Made by a program: the position numbers and the translations under genes | Part shown: positions 17,580-26,932 of the stretch, in pieces | Layout: every line of letters starts with the position of its first letter | How positions within the stretch are numbered: position 1 is the stretch's first letter | NCBI GenBank assembly: GCA_038063815.1 | Contig: JBBTUJ010000003.1 | Span: forward strand, 12,965-76,964 | DNA length: 64,000 nt | Reading direction: 5' to 3' | DNA from: Patescibacteria group bacterium | GTDB lineage: Bacteria; Patescibacteriota; Minisyncoccia; Phycocordibacterales; EsbW-18 | The notes under the pieces: model-generated | The model's input: the letters and a program-made list of their open reading frames with translations, nothing else | Databases searched by the model: none | Told to the model about the DNA's origin: nothing

Positions 17580-19259
17580 CTAGACGGAGAGATCGACAAC
17601 ACGTTCGATTTCTTCGAATGTTGTCGTGCCTTCAAGCACGCGGAGGATTGCGTCTTGTGAAAGAGAGAGAAACCCTTGTTCGCGTGCCGCCTTTCTAATT
17701 TCGCGCTCGCTCGGACTCTCCTCAACAATCCTCTCGATGGTCTCATTCATCACAATTGCCTCAAAGAGCCCAATACGGCCCTTATATCCGTCTCCACCGC
17801 ACTCGGCACAGCCCGGACCGGCCTCAAATACCTTCTCCCTTTGAATACCCGCGATCTTTGTGGGATCTCCCACATCACTCAAAATCCTCTCAACAAGTGC
17901 ACGTCGTTCATCTGGAATCGGTATCTCTTTTTTACATGCGGGACAGAGCGTACGAACCAGTCGCTGTGCGAGCGCGACATTTATTGCCGAGCCCAAGATG
18001 CGAGAATTGATACCGATGTCGATAAGGCGCGTGAATGCTCCCGCGGCGGAGTTTGTGTGAAGTGTTGAAAAAACTAAGTGACCGGTGAGCGCGGCATGAA
18101 TGGCAATCTCCGCTGTTTCGTTGTCGCGAATCTCACCAACCATGATGATGTCGGGGTCTTGCCGCACCGCCGCGCGAAGCCCGCTCTCGAACGTATAGTT
18201 TTTCTCTGCATCTACCTGTGTCTGCACGATTCCCGGAAGGTGATACTCAACAGGGTCTTCGATTGTGATGATCTTTACCTCCGGACTGTGCACTCTTTTC
18301 AAGAATGCGTAGAGAGTCGTTGTTTTTCCTGATCCGGTTGGGCCGGTTGTCAAAATCATACCGTTTGGCTTCGTTATTTCGTGCTCGAGGACGGCTCGTA
18401 GATCATCTCGCATACCAAGCTTCTCAATCGAGACGCTGATTGAATCGGGATTGAGGACACGCATGACGACCGACTCGCCGTACTGCCCCGGCAGGATAGA
18501 TGTACGGATCTCGATGTCCGAGGGGTCGATTTTGATGCTGAAACGACCGTCCTGCGCTTCGCTCTGGATATTCAATTTAAGTCCCGAGAGAAGTTTGAGG
18601 CGGGAGAGAAGTAGGCGATATGTTTCGTGATCAAAAAAGGAGACATCGGTCAAAATGCCGTCGAGTCGCATACGCAGTCGCACCTGCTTTTCTTCCGGTT
18701 CGATGTGGATGTCGGAAGAGCGTGTTGCAAGTGCGCTCGCGAGGAGAACCTCGACGATGCGCGATGTGCGAAATGCTTTTTTGAGATGCACCGTTTCTTC
18801 GATGAACCGCCGCACGTCCTCGACGGTATGCACATCTTTTATGAACGTATTGATATCTTCACTTGAGACATCAAGCATCCCTTTCTTGCTCTCTGACGCG
18901 AACTGGATGTCTTTGAAGCGATCCCACGCGAAGGTGAGGCTCTTTTTCGACGCAAGATATGTGTTCACCGAGAAACCTCGCGCTTCAAGATCCATAACAA
19001 CTTCACGTGCCGCTTCTCCTTCGGGAGAGTGCATCGCGACGTCAATCTCTTTATTCAAACGATTGAAAACCGCAACCTCGGCGGTTCGTGCTGTGCTTTC
19101 TGCCAAAAGGATGAGGGCATCGGTATTGATGGGAGTCGTAGTCAAATCGACATACGGGATGCCGTATTTCTGTGAAAGATTTTGGAGAGCGTCCTCCTCC
19201 TCTTTTTCGCGGAGCTGGTCATACTTCCGTGATTGTTTCGATTCGTCAAATTGGATCAT
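17580..19259 (-). CDS. pilB: type IV pilus assembly / type II secretion ATPase (GspE/PilB family)
   Basis: 'ILTTGPTGSGKTTTLYAF', 'GEIRD', C-terminal Cys4 'CPAC...CAECGGDGY'; start taken at the internal 'MIQFDESK'. Confidence 0.85.
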   Translation of the reverse strand: MIQFDESKQSRKYDQLREKEEEDALQNLSQKYGIPYVDLTTTPINTDALILLAESTARTAEVAVFNRLNKEIDVAMHSPEGEAAREVVMDLEARGFSVNTYLASKKSLTFAWDRFKDIQFASESKKGMLDVSSEDINTFIKDVHTVEDVRRFIEETVHLKKAFRTSRIVEVLLASALATRSSDIHIEPEEKQVRLRMRLDGILTDVSFFDHETYRLLLSRLKLLSGLKLNIQSEAQDGRFSIKIDPSDIEIRTSILPGQYGESVVMRVLNPDSISVSIEKLGMRDDLRAVLEHEITKPNGMILTTGPTGSGKTTTLYAFLKRVHSPEVKIITIEDPVEYHLPGIVQTQVDAEKNYTFESGLRAAVRQDPDIIMVGEIRDNETAEIAIHAALTGHLVFSTLHTNSAAGAFTRLIDIGINSRILGSAINVALAQRLVRTLCPACKKEIPIPDERRALVERILSDVGDPTKIAGIQREKVFEAGPGCAECGGDGYKGRIGLFEAIVMNETIERIVEESPSEREIRKAAREQGFLSLSQDAILRVLEGTTTFEEIERVVDLSV

Positions 19260-19325
19260 AGGGTAATAGTAGCAAATCAGGGTTGTACAGGTGAGGATGT
19301 TTAAGAAATGTGTGCGTGGGGGCTT

Positions 19326-19362
19326 CTTTAAAAACAACACCCGCCGACGCGAGGGGCTCGCG
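19326..19362 (-). terminator. GC-rich hairpin + T-run terminator (minus strand)
   Basis: on the minus strand: CCCCGCCGCGCGAGccccTCGCGTCGGCGGG followed by TGTTGTTTTT. Confidence 0.6.
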
Positions 19363-19373
19363 CGGCGGGGGGA

Positions 19374-19787
19374 TCAGATGAGGCGAAGAACGGAGTGAAC
19401 CGATTCAACCGTACGACGAAGGTCGCGCAGGTCGTCGGTCTTGATGAACCCCTTGGATGCTCGTCGTTCAAACTCGGCGAGTTCTCGGGCGACAAGGTTC
19501 GCGGCGTACTTTTCGCGCCGCTTCCTGAAGTCGCCCTCGATGGCGCGACCGCGCTTGAGGAGACCCGCGAACTGGCCGCGGATGACCACCTGGCGGTCGC
19601 CCCTTCGAAGGTGAACGACGAGTCGTCGAAGTTGTCGGCCGAACTTCGAGTCGCGGACACGTCGATACGTGTTCGTTGTGGTGTTCGCGGAGGGGTGGTT
19701 GTTGAGCCACCTCCCCACGATCCACCAGAGGAATCCGAGGAATCCCCACAGCGCGTCTGTTGCGGTCATGAACCCTCCGTTTGTCAT
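19374..19787 (-). CDS. hypothetical basic protein with N-terminal TM helix; GC-rich (about 62-65%) islet
   Basis: 'MTATDALWGFLGFLWWIVGRW...' Arg-rich; strong downstream terminator; composition atypical for the window. Confidence 0.35.
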   Translation of the reverse strand: MTNGGFMTATDALWGFLGFLWWIVGRWLNNHPSANTTTNTYRRVRDSKFGRQLRRLVVHLRRGDRQVVIRGQFAGLLKRGRAIEGDFRKRREKYAANLVARELAEFERRASKGFIKTDDLRDLRRTVESVHSVLRLI

Positions 19788-19867
19788 TTGGCCACTATTG
19801 GTCCGACGTGACGGTACGTTAGTTATTGAATAAAGTCAACTCTTTTTCCTAGTGCTACAATTCATTT

Positions 19868-20812
19868 ATGAAGAGGGTTACCATCGCATCTCTTTCCGAG
19901 ATGAAAACATTTGCTGAGAGTGTTTTGAAGAATCTCAAACCGCAAAAAAAGACCGCGACAGTTTTCGGACTCCGTGGTGATTTGGGTGCGGGGAAAACAG
20001 CATTTGTAAAGGCGATTGCCGAAACTCTCGGAGTAAAAGAACACATCACGAGTCCGACGTTCGTGATACAAAAAATCTACAACCTACCTACCCGACACGC
20101 AGGCGGGCAACCAACAACAAACGAAGGGTTCAAAAAACTCGTTCACATTGATGCGTATCGACTTCAATCGGGAGACGAGCTCAAAAAGATTGAGTGGGAG
20201 GAAACTGTTGCTGATCCGACAGGCCTCATCTTTGTTGAGTGGCCAGAGAACGTGAAAGGAATCATGCCGGAGGGCGCATACCACATTGACTTCGAACATG
20301 TTGATGAGCACACACGATCTGCATCGGTTATGAAAACGCCATTTACACTCTGTGTGATCCACAAGCCACCGAACATTCTTTTGGGGATGAAAAAACGCGG
20401 GTTTGGTGCGGGGAAATGGAATGGATTCGGTGGTAAGGTCGGAGAAAATGAAACCTTAGAACAAGCAACGCTTCGGGAAATCAAAGAAGAAGTAGGAATT
20501 GTGCCGCACAAAATAGAAAAAGTTGGAATACTTGAGTTTGCATTTGAAAACGACACGAAAGGATTTGAGATGCATATTTTTTGTGGGAATGAATTTGAGG
20601 GAGAACCAACCGAAACAGAAGAAATGAAACCACAATGGTTTCATGTGGACAACATACCGTTTTCCGAGATGTGGCCAGACGATGAATATTGGATCCCGCT
20701 TTTCTTGTCAGGAAAATTATTCCGGGCAAGGTTTCTTTTTGACAGACCATCTGATACAGAATATTCAGTGAAAATCATTGAGCACACAATCTCTGAGGTA
20801 GAGAAGCTCTAG
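19868..20812 (+). CDS. tsaE: TsaE (t6A37 biosynthesis ATPase YjeE) fused to a C-terminal Nudix hydrolase domain
   Basis: N-terminus 'GDLGAGKTAFVKAIAETLGV...TSPTFVI'; C-terminal Nudix box 'GGKVGENETLEQATLREIKEEVGI'; internal repeat-encoded 'GGQPTTNEG'. Confidence 0.75.
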   Translation: MKRVTIASLSEMKTFAESVLKNLKPQKKTATVFGLRGDLGAGKTAFVKAIAETLGVKEHITSPTFVIQKIYNLPTRHAGGQPTTNEGFKKLVHIDAYRLQSGDELKKIEWEETVADPTGLIFVEWPENVKGIMPEGAYHIDFEHVDEHTRSASVMKTPFTLCVIHKPPNILLGMKKRGFGAGKWNGFGGKVGENETLEQATLREIKEEVGIVPHKIEKVGILEFAFENDTKGFEMHIFCGNEFEGEPTETEEMKPQWFHVDNIPFSEMWPDDEYWIPLFLSGKLFRARFLFDRPSDTEYSVKIIEHTISEVEKL

Positions 20813-20814
20813 GC

Positions 20815-23271
20815 ATGCCGAAAAAACCATCACCAACAAAAACAAAAAAGGGGAAAACGGGCGGAAAGCCGAAGCGGCTCGTGCTTCTTGATGCACACGC
20901 GATTATTCATCGTGCATACCACGCGCTTCCTGACTTTACATCCGCAACAGGCGAGCCGACGGGGGCGCTCTATGGTCTTGCGGCGATGCTCCTGAAGATT
21001 ATCGCGGATTTGAAGCCGGACTACATCGCGGCCGCATACGATCTTCCAAAACCAACACACCGCCACATCGCGTACGAAAAATATAAAGCGACACGCAAAG
21101 AGCTTGAAGAACCTCTTGTTGCTCAGCTTGTGCGAAGCAGGGACGTTTTCAAGGCATTCTCGATTCCAATTTACGATAGGGAAGAATTCGAAGCGGACGA
21201 TATCTTGGGCACGATTGTTGAAATGTTCAAAGACGATTCTTCAGTCGAAATCGTAATCGCGTCGGGCGACATGGATACGCTCCAACTTGTTTCGGGAGCG
21301 CGCGTCAAAGTGTTCACGCTCCGGAAGGGCATACAAGATACGATTCTCTACGACGAAAGCGACGTCGAGAAGCGCTTTGGATTTCCTCCAGTCCTTTTGC
21401 CTGACTACAAAGGTCTCCGCGGAGACCCGTCGGATAATATTCCCGGCATTGCTGGTATCGGAGAAAAAACAGCAACGACACTTATCACGACGTTTGGTGA
21501 CCTGGACGCGCTCTATAAAACACTTGCAAAAGGAGAGGAGAAGTTTTTAGGAGCAGGGATAACAAAACGAATCGTCGGACTTTTGAAAGAAGGAGAAGAA
21601 GAAGCGCGATTTTCGAAACTTCTCGCAACGATTCGGCGGGATGCGCCCATTACGTTCACACTTCCTGACACCGTCTGGCGCGAGCACGTTTCGGTGTCGG
21701 AGATTGTCACTCTTTTCACCGAACTCGGATTCCGCTCCCTCGTTGCCCGGGCAAAGGAAGCATTTCCTGAAATAAACCAACAACCAACAACAAACAACCA
21801 ACAACAAATATTTTACACAGAACCCACAACCTCTTTGTCTCATCAAGAATTAACTGAAACAAAGGTCGCCCTGTGGCTTCTGAACTCCGAGATCACCAAT
21901 CCGACGGAGGAAGATATCAAATATTTCGCACGGACGGACGACATCAAAAAGGCACGCGAACACATTCTTTCTGAGGTACAAAAGCAGGGTCTTACGGACG
22001 TTTTTGAAAAGATCGAAAAACCGCTTACGCCTGTTCTTGAAAAGATGCACGAGCGAGGTGTTCGCATCGATACGTCGTACTTAAGCGACATCGCGGAATC
22101 GTACCACGCGGAGCTCGATGCACTGAAGAGAAAGATATTCGAGCGTGCCGGAATGGAATTTAACTTAAATTCCCCGCGACAACTCGGAGATGTTCTCTTT
22201 ACCACACTAGGACTCACGGGAGGAAAGAAAACATCAACAGGGCAGAGGTCAACGCGCGAGTCAGAACTCGCAAAACTCGCGGACAAGCACCCGATTATTG
22301 GAGAGATTTTGCAACACAGGGAACTCCAGAAACTCCTCTCAACATATATTGATGCATTTCCAAAACTTCTTGGTCCCGATGGGCGTTTGCACACAACATT
22401 TGTACAAACGGGAGCGGCAACGGGACGTATGTCGTCTCAAAATCCGAACTTGCAGAATATTCCGATCAAAACGGAGCGCGGCCGCGCTGTTCGTGGAGCA
22501 TTTGTTGCATGTCCGGGTTTTGTGCTCGCAACATTTGACTACTCGCAGATTGAGCTCAGAATCGCAGCGATTCTTTCGCAAGATGAAAAACTTCTCAAAA
22601 CATTTTCTGAAGGCGGTGATATTCACACGGCTGTTGCGTCAGAGATTTTTAATGTGCCACAAAACGATGTGACGCAGACGATGCGCCGCACCGCGAAAGT
22701 CATTAACTTCGGTATCATCTACGGCATGGGCGCGAACGCGCTCGCAGCAACGGCGGGCATGAGTCGTAAAGATGCGCAAAAATATCTCGCGGAATATGAA
22801 AAGACATTCCCGACCCTCTCGCGTTGGATCGAGACCCTTTTTGGTGAAGTCCGAAAAAAAGGTTACACAGAAACACTTTTTGGGCGTCGGAGGCATCTTC
22901 CCGGTATCCGATCACCTCTTCCGTATATTCAGGCAGAAGCAGAGCGCCAAGCGGTCAATGCGCCCATTCAGGGAACTTCTGCAGACATCATCAAACGCTC
23001 AATGGTTGAGGTTGATGAATATATTGCACGAGAAAAATTAGATGACGACGTTTTTGCGATTCTTCAGATTCACGATGAACTCATGTATGAAATAAGGGAA
23101 GGTGTTGCAGACAAGGTCGTTCCGGAAATAAAAAAGATTATGGAGGCAGGGCTTAGAGACCACCTGCCTGCCGGCAAGGCAGGCGAGACGTATGGGGTTC
23201 CGATTGTTGTTGATGCCTCGGTCGGCACGCGGTGGGGAGAAATGAAAAAAGTAAACAACAAGAAAGAATAA
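20815..23271 (+). CDS. polA: DNA polymerase I (5'-3' exonuclease + polymerase; no 3'-5' exonuclease domain)
   Basis: motifs 'RRRHLPGIRS', 'INFGIIYGMG', 'QIHDELMYE'; 818 aa; the linker contains repeat-encoded 'QQPTTNNQQQ'. Confidence 0.9.
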   Translation: MPKKPSPTKTKKGKTGGKPKRLVLLDAHAIIHRAYHALPDFTSATGEPTGALYGLAAMLLKIIADLKPDYIAAAYDLPKPTHRHIAYEKYKATRKELEEPLVAQLVRSRDVFKAFSIPIYDREEFEADDILGTIVEMFKDDSSVEIVIASGDMDTLQLVSGARVKVFTLRKGIQDTILYDESDVEKRFGFPPVLLPDYKGLRGDPSDNIPGIAGIGEKTATTLITTFGDLDALYKTLAKGEEKFLGAGITKRIVGLLKEGEEEARFSKLLATIRRDAPITFTLPDTVWREHVSVSEIVTLFTELGFRSLVARAKEAFPEINQQPTTNNQQQIFYTEPTTSLSHQELTETKVALWLLNSEITNPTEEDIKYFARTDDIKKAREHILSEVQKQGLTDVFEKIEKPLTPVLEKMHERGVRIDTSYLSDIAESYHAELDALKRKIFERAGMEFNLNSPRQLGDVLFTTLGLTGGKKTSTGQRSTRESELAKLADKHPIIGEILQHRELQKLLSTYIDAFPKLLGPDGRLHTTFVQTGAATGRMSSQNPNLQNIPIKTERGRAVRGAFVACPGFVLATFDYSQIELRIAAILSQDEKLLKTFSEGGDIHTAVASEIFNVPQNDVTQTMRRTAKVINFGIIYGMGANALAATAGMSRKDAQKYLAEYEKTFPTLSRWIETLFGEVRKKGYTETLFGRRRHLPGIRSPLPYIQAEAERQAVNAPIQGTSADIIKRSMVEVDEYIAREKLDDDVFAILQIHDELMYEIREGVADKVVPEIKKIMEAGLRDHLPAGKAGETYGVPIVVDASVGTRWGEMKKVNNKKE

Positions 23272-23275
23272 AAGT

Positions 23276-23983
23276 ATGCTCTACCTTTTTTACGGAACGA
23301 ATACCGACAAGGTACGAGAAATGTCTCGCGATCTCATCAAAAAGTTGGAAGAAAAACGTCCCGATGCGGCAACATTTTCTTTTTCAGATGAAACATTTTC
23401 TTCCGAAGCACTTTCGTACTACAAAGGAGCCGCCGGTCTCTTCGCTCCGCGTCAAATCGTAACGCTTTCTCATATCCTCACACACGAAGATCATGGGCCG
23501 ATTCTTCTCGAGGCGCTCGCCGATCTCGCCGAGTCAGAAAACATATTTATTTTGATAGAAGGAAATCTTCCTGTAAAAATTGTTGCCTCGTGCGAACGTC
23601 ACGCGGAGAAGGTTGCACACTTTCCATCAAAAGAAGCGAAAGGGGAAAAGCCATTTTCAATATTTACCTTGACTGATGCGCTGGGGAAGCGAGACAAGAA
23701 AAACCTCTGGATTCTCTATCAGCGAGCGCTTCGGGAAGATATAACACCCGAAGAGGTACACGCGATTCTTTTTTGGCAAGTGAAAACGCTTCTCATGGTC
23801 TCGGGTGGTGCGACAAAAAACATGAAGCCGCGTGTTCTCAGCAACGCAAGAGCATTTTTGAAAAATTTTTCACGCGAAGAACTTGAGAACCTCTCTCTTT
23901 CATTAGTTGTGCTCTATCACGATGCTCGCCGCGGTGTCGTTGAGTTTGGTATCGGGCTCGAAAAGTTGCTGTTGTCGATATAG
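23276..23983 (+). CDS. holA: DNA polymerase III delta subunit (HolA)-like, short
   Basis: 'MLYLFYGTNTDKVRE' HolA-like N-terminus; downstream of polA. Confidence 0.5.
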   Translation: MLYLFYGTNTDKVREMSRDLIKKLEEKRPDAATFSFSDETFSSEALSYYKGAAGLFAPRQIVTLSHILTHEDHGPILLEALADLAESENIFILIEGNLPVKIVASCERHAEKVAHFPSKEAKGEKPFSIFTLTDALGKRDKKNLWILYQRALREDITPEEVHAILFWQVKTLLMVSGGATKNMKPRVLSNARAFLKNFSREELENLSLSLVVLYHDARRGVVEFGIGLEKLLLSI

Positions 23984-24003
23984 TGTTGTAAAGTCTAGCC
24001 ATT

Positions 24004-24077
24004 CCGCCCGTAGCTCAGCCTGGTAGAGCACCTCCCTTTTAAGGAGTGGGTCGTTGGTTCGAATCCAACCGGGCGGA
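24004..24077 (+). tRNA. tRNA-Lys (anticodon UUU)
   Basis: cloverleaf folded by hand: acceptor CCGCCCG/CGGGCGG, D-arm GCTCAGCCTGGTAGAGC, anticodon loop CUUUUAA, T-loop TTCGAAT. Confidence 0.8.
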
Positions 24078-24082
24078 CTTTT

Positions 24083-24553
24083 ATGTCGAAAAAGATATTT
24101 GTTATCCTCGACAATATTCGAAGTGTTGAAAACACAGGATCGACTTTCCGCACGTCTGATGGGGCGGGTGTCTCAAAAATATATCTTTGCGGTACGACAC
24201 CGACACCAATCGATCGTTTTGGTCGCGCACGAAAGGATTTTGCGAAAGTATCTCTCGGAGCAGAAAAAACAGTTCCGTGGGAACATGCAAAAAACACGAA
24301 AGATATTATTGCACGCCTCAAAGAAGAGAATGTTCAAGTTGTTGCTGTTGAGCAAGACAAGAAAGCGATTGATTATAAAAAATTAAAGGCGGGCGGCGCT
24401 ATCGCATTCGTTTTTGGAAACGAAGTCAGCGGTGTTTCAAAAGATATTCTTTCCCTGTGCGATGAAATCGTTGAGATTCCAATGAAGGGAGCAAAAGAGT
24501 CCTTGAACGTCTCGGTCGCCGCAGGAATCATTCTTTTTTCTGCTTCCGCATAG
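24083..24553 (+). CDS. SPOUT (SpoU/TrmH/TrmL-type) RNA 2'-O-methyltransferase
   Basis: 'FGNEVSGVS', 'ESLNVSVAAGIILF' motifs; 156 aa. Confidence 0.8.
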   Translation: MSKKIFVILDNIRSVENTGSTFRTSDGAGVSKIYLCGTTPTPIDRFGRARKDFAKVSLGAEKTVPWEHAKNTKDIIARLKEENVQVVAVEQDKKAIDYKKLKAGGAIAFVFGNEVSGVSKDILSLCDEIVEIPMKGAKESLNVSVAAGIILFSASA

Positions 24554-24576
24554 TTCCCTGCCTGCGCTTGTCCGCG

Positions 24577-25551
24577 TTAATACTGCCAGACGTCAACTAA
24601 CTTGCCCTGTGCGTCGAAGAGGCCAATCGTCTCGCGGTCGTCTCGCCACAAGTCGTTCCGATTTGCATTCAAAAAGATGCGCCACTCGTCTTTGAGGAAG
24701 TCGGAATCGTTCTTGTGGAGTTTTACGCACCCTTCGTAGTTGCTGTACTCGCGGATGAATGCGCGACACTCTTTTACCACATCTGACGGTGCGGACCCAC
24801 GCTCGCATTGTCCGACATCTTCGATTGCGTCCATACATTCGTCGTACTCATCTTCATCGTCAAAATCATCGAACGCAAGATCAAATTCGGAAAGATTTTC
24901 TTCTTCAAGAAGGGGACACTCGGAATAGAGTGACGGTATGAATCTGTTTTCATTCCCAAAATAGCCGATACATTTATTCACGAGGAACGAAGTGCGGATA
25001 CCCGCTGCTCCTCCTGTCGAAACAACTGCTTCATCCCCCGGCGCGAGATACATCGTGCCTGCGGAGAACCACGGTCGGTTGCCCATAAGCACACGCACAC
25101 CCTTGCCGATCTTCGCTCCCCGGTCGGTCACGAGGCTTTTGAGGACCCAGCCCGTGATAGGAATAGGCGTTTCATTGTCAGACGATGCGGAAAGGCGCAC
25201 GTATTCTTCGTTTCGGACATCTGTCCACGTATTCCCTGACTGAATCTCGACCTTTCCCGCGTAGGGAGAAAGGTTTTGGGAAAGTTTCGCCTCATCGATA
25301 TCACCTTCGAGTTCCTCGATCTTGGATTCGATCCGGTAGAGTTCACCTTCGCGATATTCGGTGTCGTCCACGACTCCGTCGTTGTCTGCGTCATATGAAC
25401 GAAGGTAAGTGTCTCTCTCGGTAAGGTCATATGAAGGTTCGTTGTTCCACGTGCTTCCGAATTCTCCGAATGAAAGACCAGCGTCTCTCATGACTGCCAC
25501 GATGAAGATGCCGGCGATAACGATAAAACCAATCTTAAAAAGTGAAGACAT
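24577..25551 (-). CDS. secreted protein with lamin-tail-domain (LTD)-like region and Cys/acidic C-terminus
   Basis: 'EYVRLSASSDNETPIPITGWVLKSLVTDRGAKIGKGVRVLMG' LTD-like; start at internal 'MSSLFKIGFIVIAG' (TM/signal). Confidence 0.45.
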   Translation of the reverse strand: MSSLFKIGFIVIAGIFIVAVMRDAGLSFGEFGSTWNNEPSYDLTERDTYLRSYDADNDGVVDDTEYREGELYRIESKIEELEGDIDEAKLSQNLSPYAGKVEIQSGNTWTDVRNEEYVRLSASSDNETPIPITGWVLKSLVTDRGAKIGKGVRVLMGNRPWFSAGTMYLAPGDEAVVSTGGAAGIRTSFLVNKCIGYFGNENRFIPSLYSECPLLEEENLSEFDLAFDDFDDEDEYDECMDAIEDVGQCERGSAPSDVVKECRAFIREYSNYEGCVKLHKNDSDFLKDEWRIFLNANRNDLWRDDRETIGLFDAQGKLVDVWQY

Positions 25552-25554
25552 ATG

Positions 25555-25600
25555 AATACAGTAACAAACAACCAACAACCTACAACAAGCAAGAGAGGCC
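25555..25600. repeat. CAACCAACAAC-family repeat (gtaacaaacaaccaacaacctacaacaag) in the 5' region of the LTD gene
   Basis: the same motif family as at 1-19, 451-487, 6465-6500, 7861-7890, 20105-20120, 21778-21810, 34052-34141. Confidence 0.6.
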
Positions 25601-25654
25601 CCTGACTCCACCTGTTCGTTGGCCCCGCTGTTTCATACGGCGGGTCCTGAATGT

Positions 25655-26932
25655 TTATATATTGATCTTCTTTAGTTCCTCCCGCACGACCGTCGCGTCG
25701 TCCCACGGCGTTTTTGATCCGCGAGGACCCATGATGTACGGGTCGGTGCCTTTTCCGGTGATAAGAACAAGTGCTTTATCAGGGGATCTCTTTGCGCGCA
25801 GGAGTGCTTCATGAATCGCGGCTCGACGATCAAAAATCACAGTCAATGTATTCTTGTCTTTCATGCCAGCGCGCATCTCATCAAGTATTGCTTTTGGATC
25901 TTCGTCGTAGGGATCCTCGTTTGTGAGAATTATTTCGTCGCAGTATTTCTCTGCGATACCCGCCATGACGGGGCGTTTCCACGTGTCGCGTCCGCCGCCG
26001 GTGTTTCCGAGAAGACCAATCTTATGGACATTTGGAAATGCTTTATACAACGCCTCGAGTGACTCCGGTGTGTGTGCGTAATCAACGATGACATCAAACG
26101 ATTGTCCTTCTCGGACGTATTCAACTCTTCCACGTACTTCTGTAACGTTCGAGAGCCCCGCGTGGATTTTTTGAAGCGGAATATTTTGGCTTTCCGCGAA
26201 TGTCGCCGCGCCCAAAGCGTTCATGATGTTGAATTCTCCGGGAATGTGAAGCGACATGCCGTGTCCGTGAAATGTGAATGTCGAACCGTCCGCGCGGGTT
26301 TCATAGGGAGATGCGTCACTCAAACGATAGGAAAGTGTGCGCGTTGCGAGAACATTCAAAAAAAGTTCTCCCGATGGGTCATCTGCATTTGCAACAATAA
26401 CCGTGTTCTTTTTTGACGAGCGCGCGACTGCGCGCGCAATCTTTAATTTTGCGTCACGGTATTTCTCGAATGAGCCGTGTGATTCGATGTGTTCTGGTGC
26501 GAGGTTTGTGAAGATGAGACCGTCAAGCGCAATCCACATGTGTCTGAATTGCCGCACCGCCTCAGAACTCATCTCAAGGACCACCCACGTACATCCTGCA
26601 TGTATGGCACCACGCAGGAACTTCTGAACAAAAAATCGTCCCGGGACCGTCATTTTGAATTTATTGGGCCGGCTTGTATCAGCGACTTTAAATCGGATTG
26701 TATTCAAAAGCGCCGTCTTCTCTCCTGCCGCTTCAAGAATTGCGTTCACGAACTCAGTTGTTGTTGATTTTCCTTTTGTTCCCGTGACAGCGATTACCTT
26801 CAGTTTTCGCGATGGAAATCGATAGAGAAGCGCTCCTGCAAGTGCAAGGAAGGAGTGGTATGCGGGTTGCCCGAACCGATACAATTTTTTCGGTATTAAG
26901 CGCTCCGCAAATCGCAGGACTTTTTCAAGCAT
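25655..26932 (-). CDS. murE: Mur ligase family protein (MurE-like UDP-MurNAc-tripeptide synthetase)
   Basis: 'VIAVTGTKGKSTT' P-loop, 'DYAHTPESLEAL'. Confidence 0.75.
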   Translation of the reverse strand: MLEKVLRFAERLIPKKLYRFGQPAYHSFLALAGALLYRFPSRKLKVIAVTGTKGKSTTTEFVNAILEAAGEKTALLNTIRFKVADTSRPNKFKMTVPGRFFVQKFLRGAIHAGCTWVVLEMSSEAVRQFRHMWIALDGLIFTNLAPEHIESHGSFEKYRDAKLKIARAVARSSKKNTVIVANADDPSGELFLNVLATRTLSYRLSDASPYETRADGSTFTFHGHGMSLHIPGEFNIMNALGAATFAESQNIPLQKIHAGLSNVTEVRGRVEYVREGQSFDVIVDYAHTPESLEALYKAFPNVHKIGLLGNTGGGRDTWKRPVMAGIAEKYCDEIILTNEDPYDEDPKAILDEMRAGMKDKNTLTVIFDRRAAIHEALLRAKRSPDKALVLITGKGTDPYIMGPRGSKTPWDDATVVREELKKINI

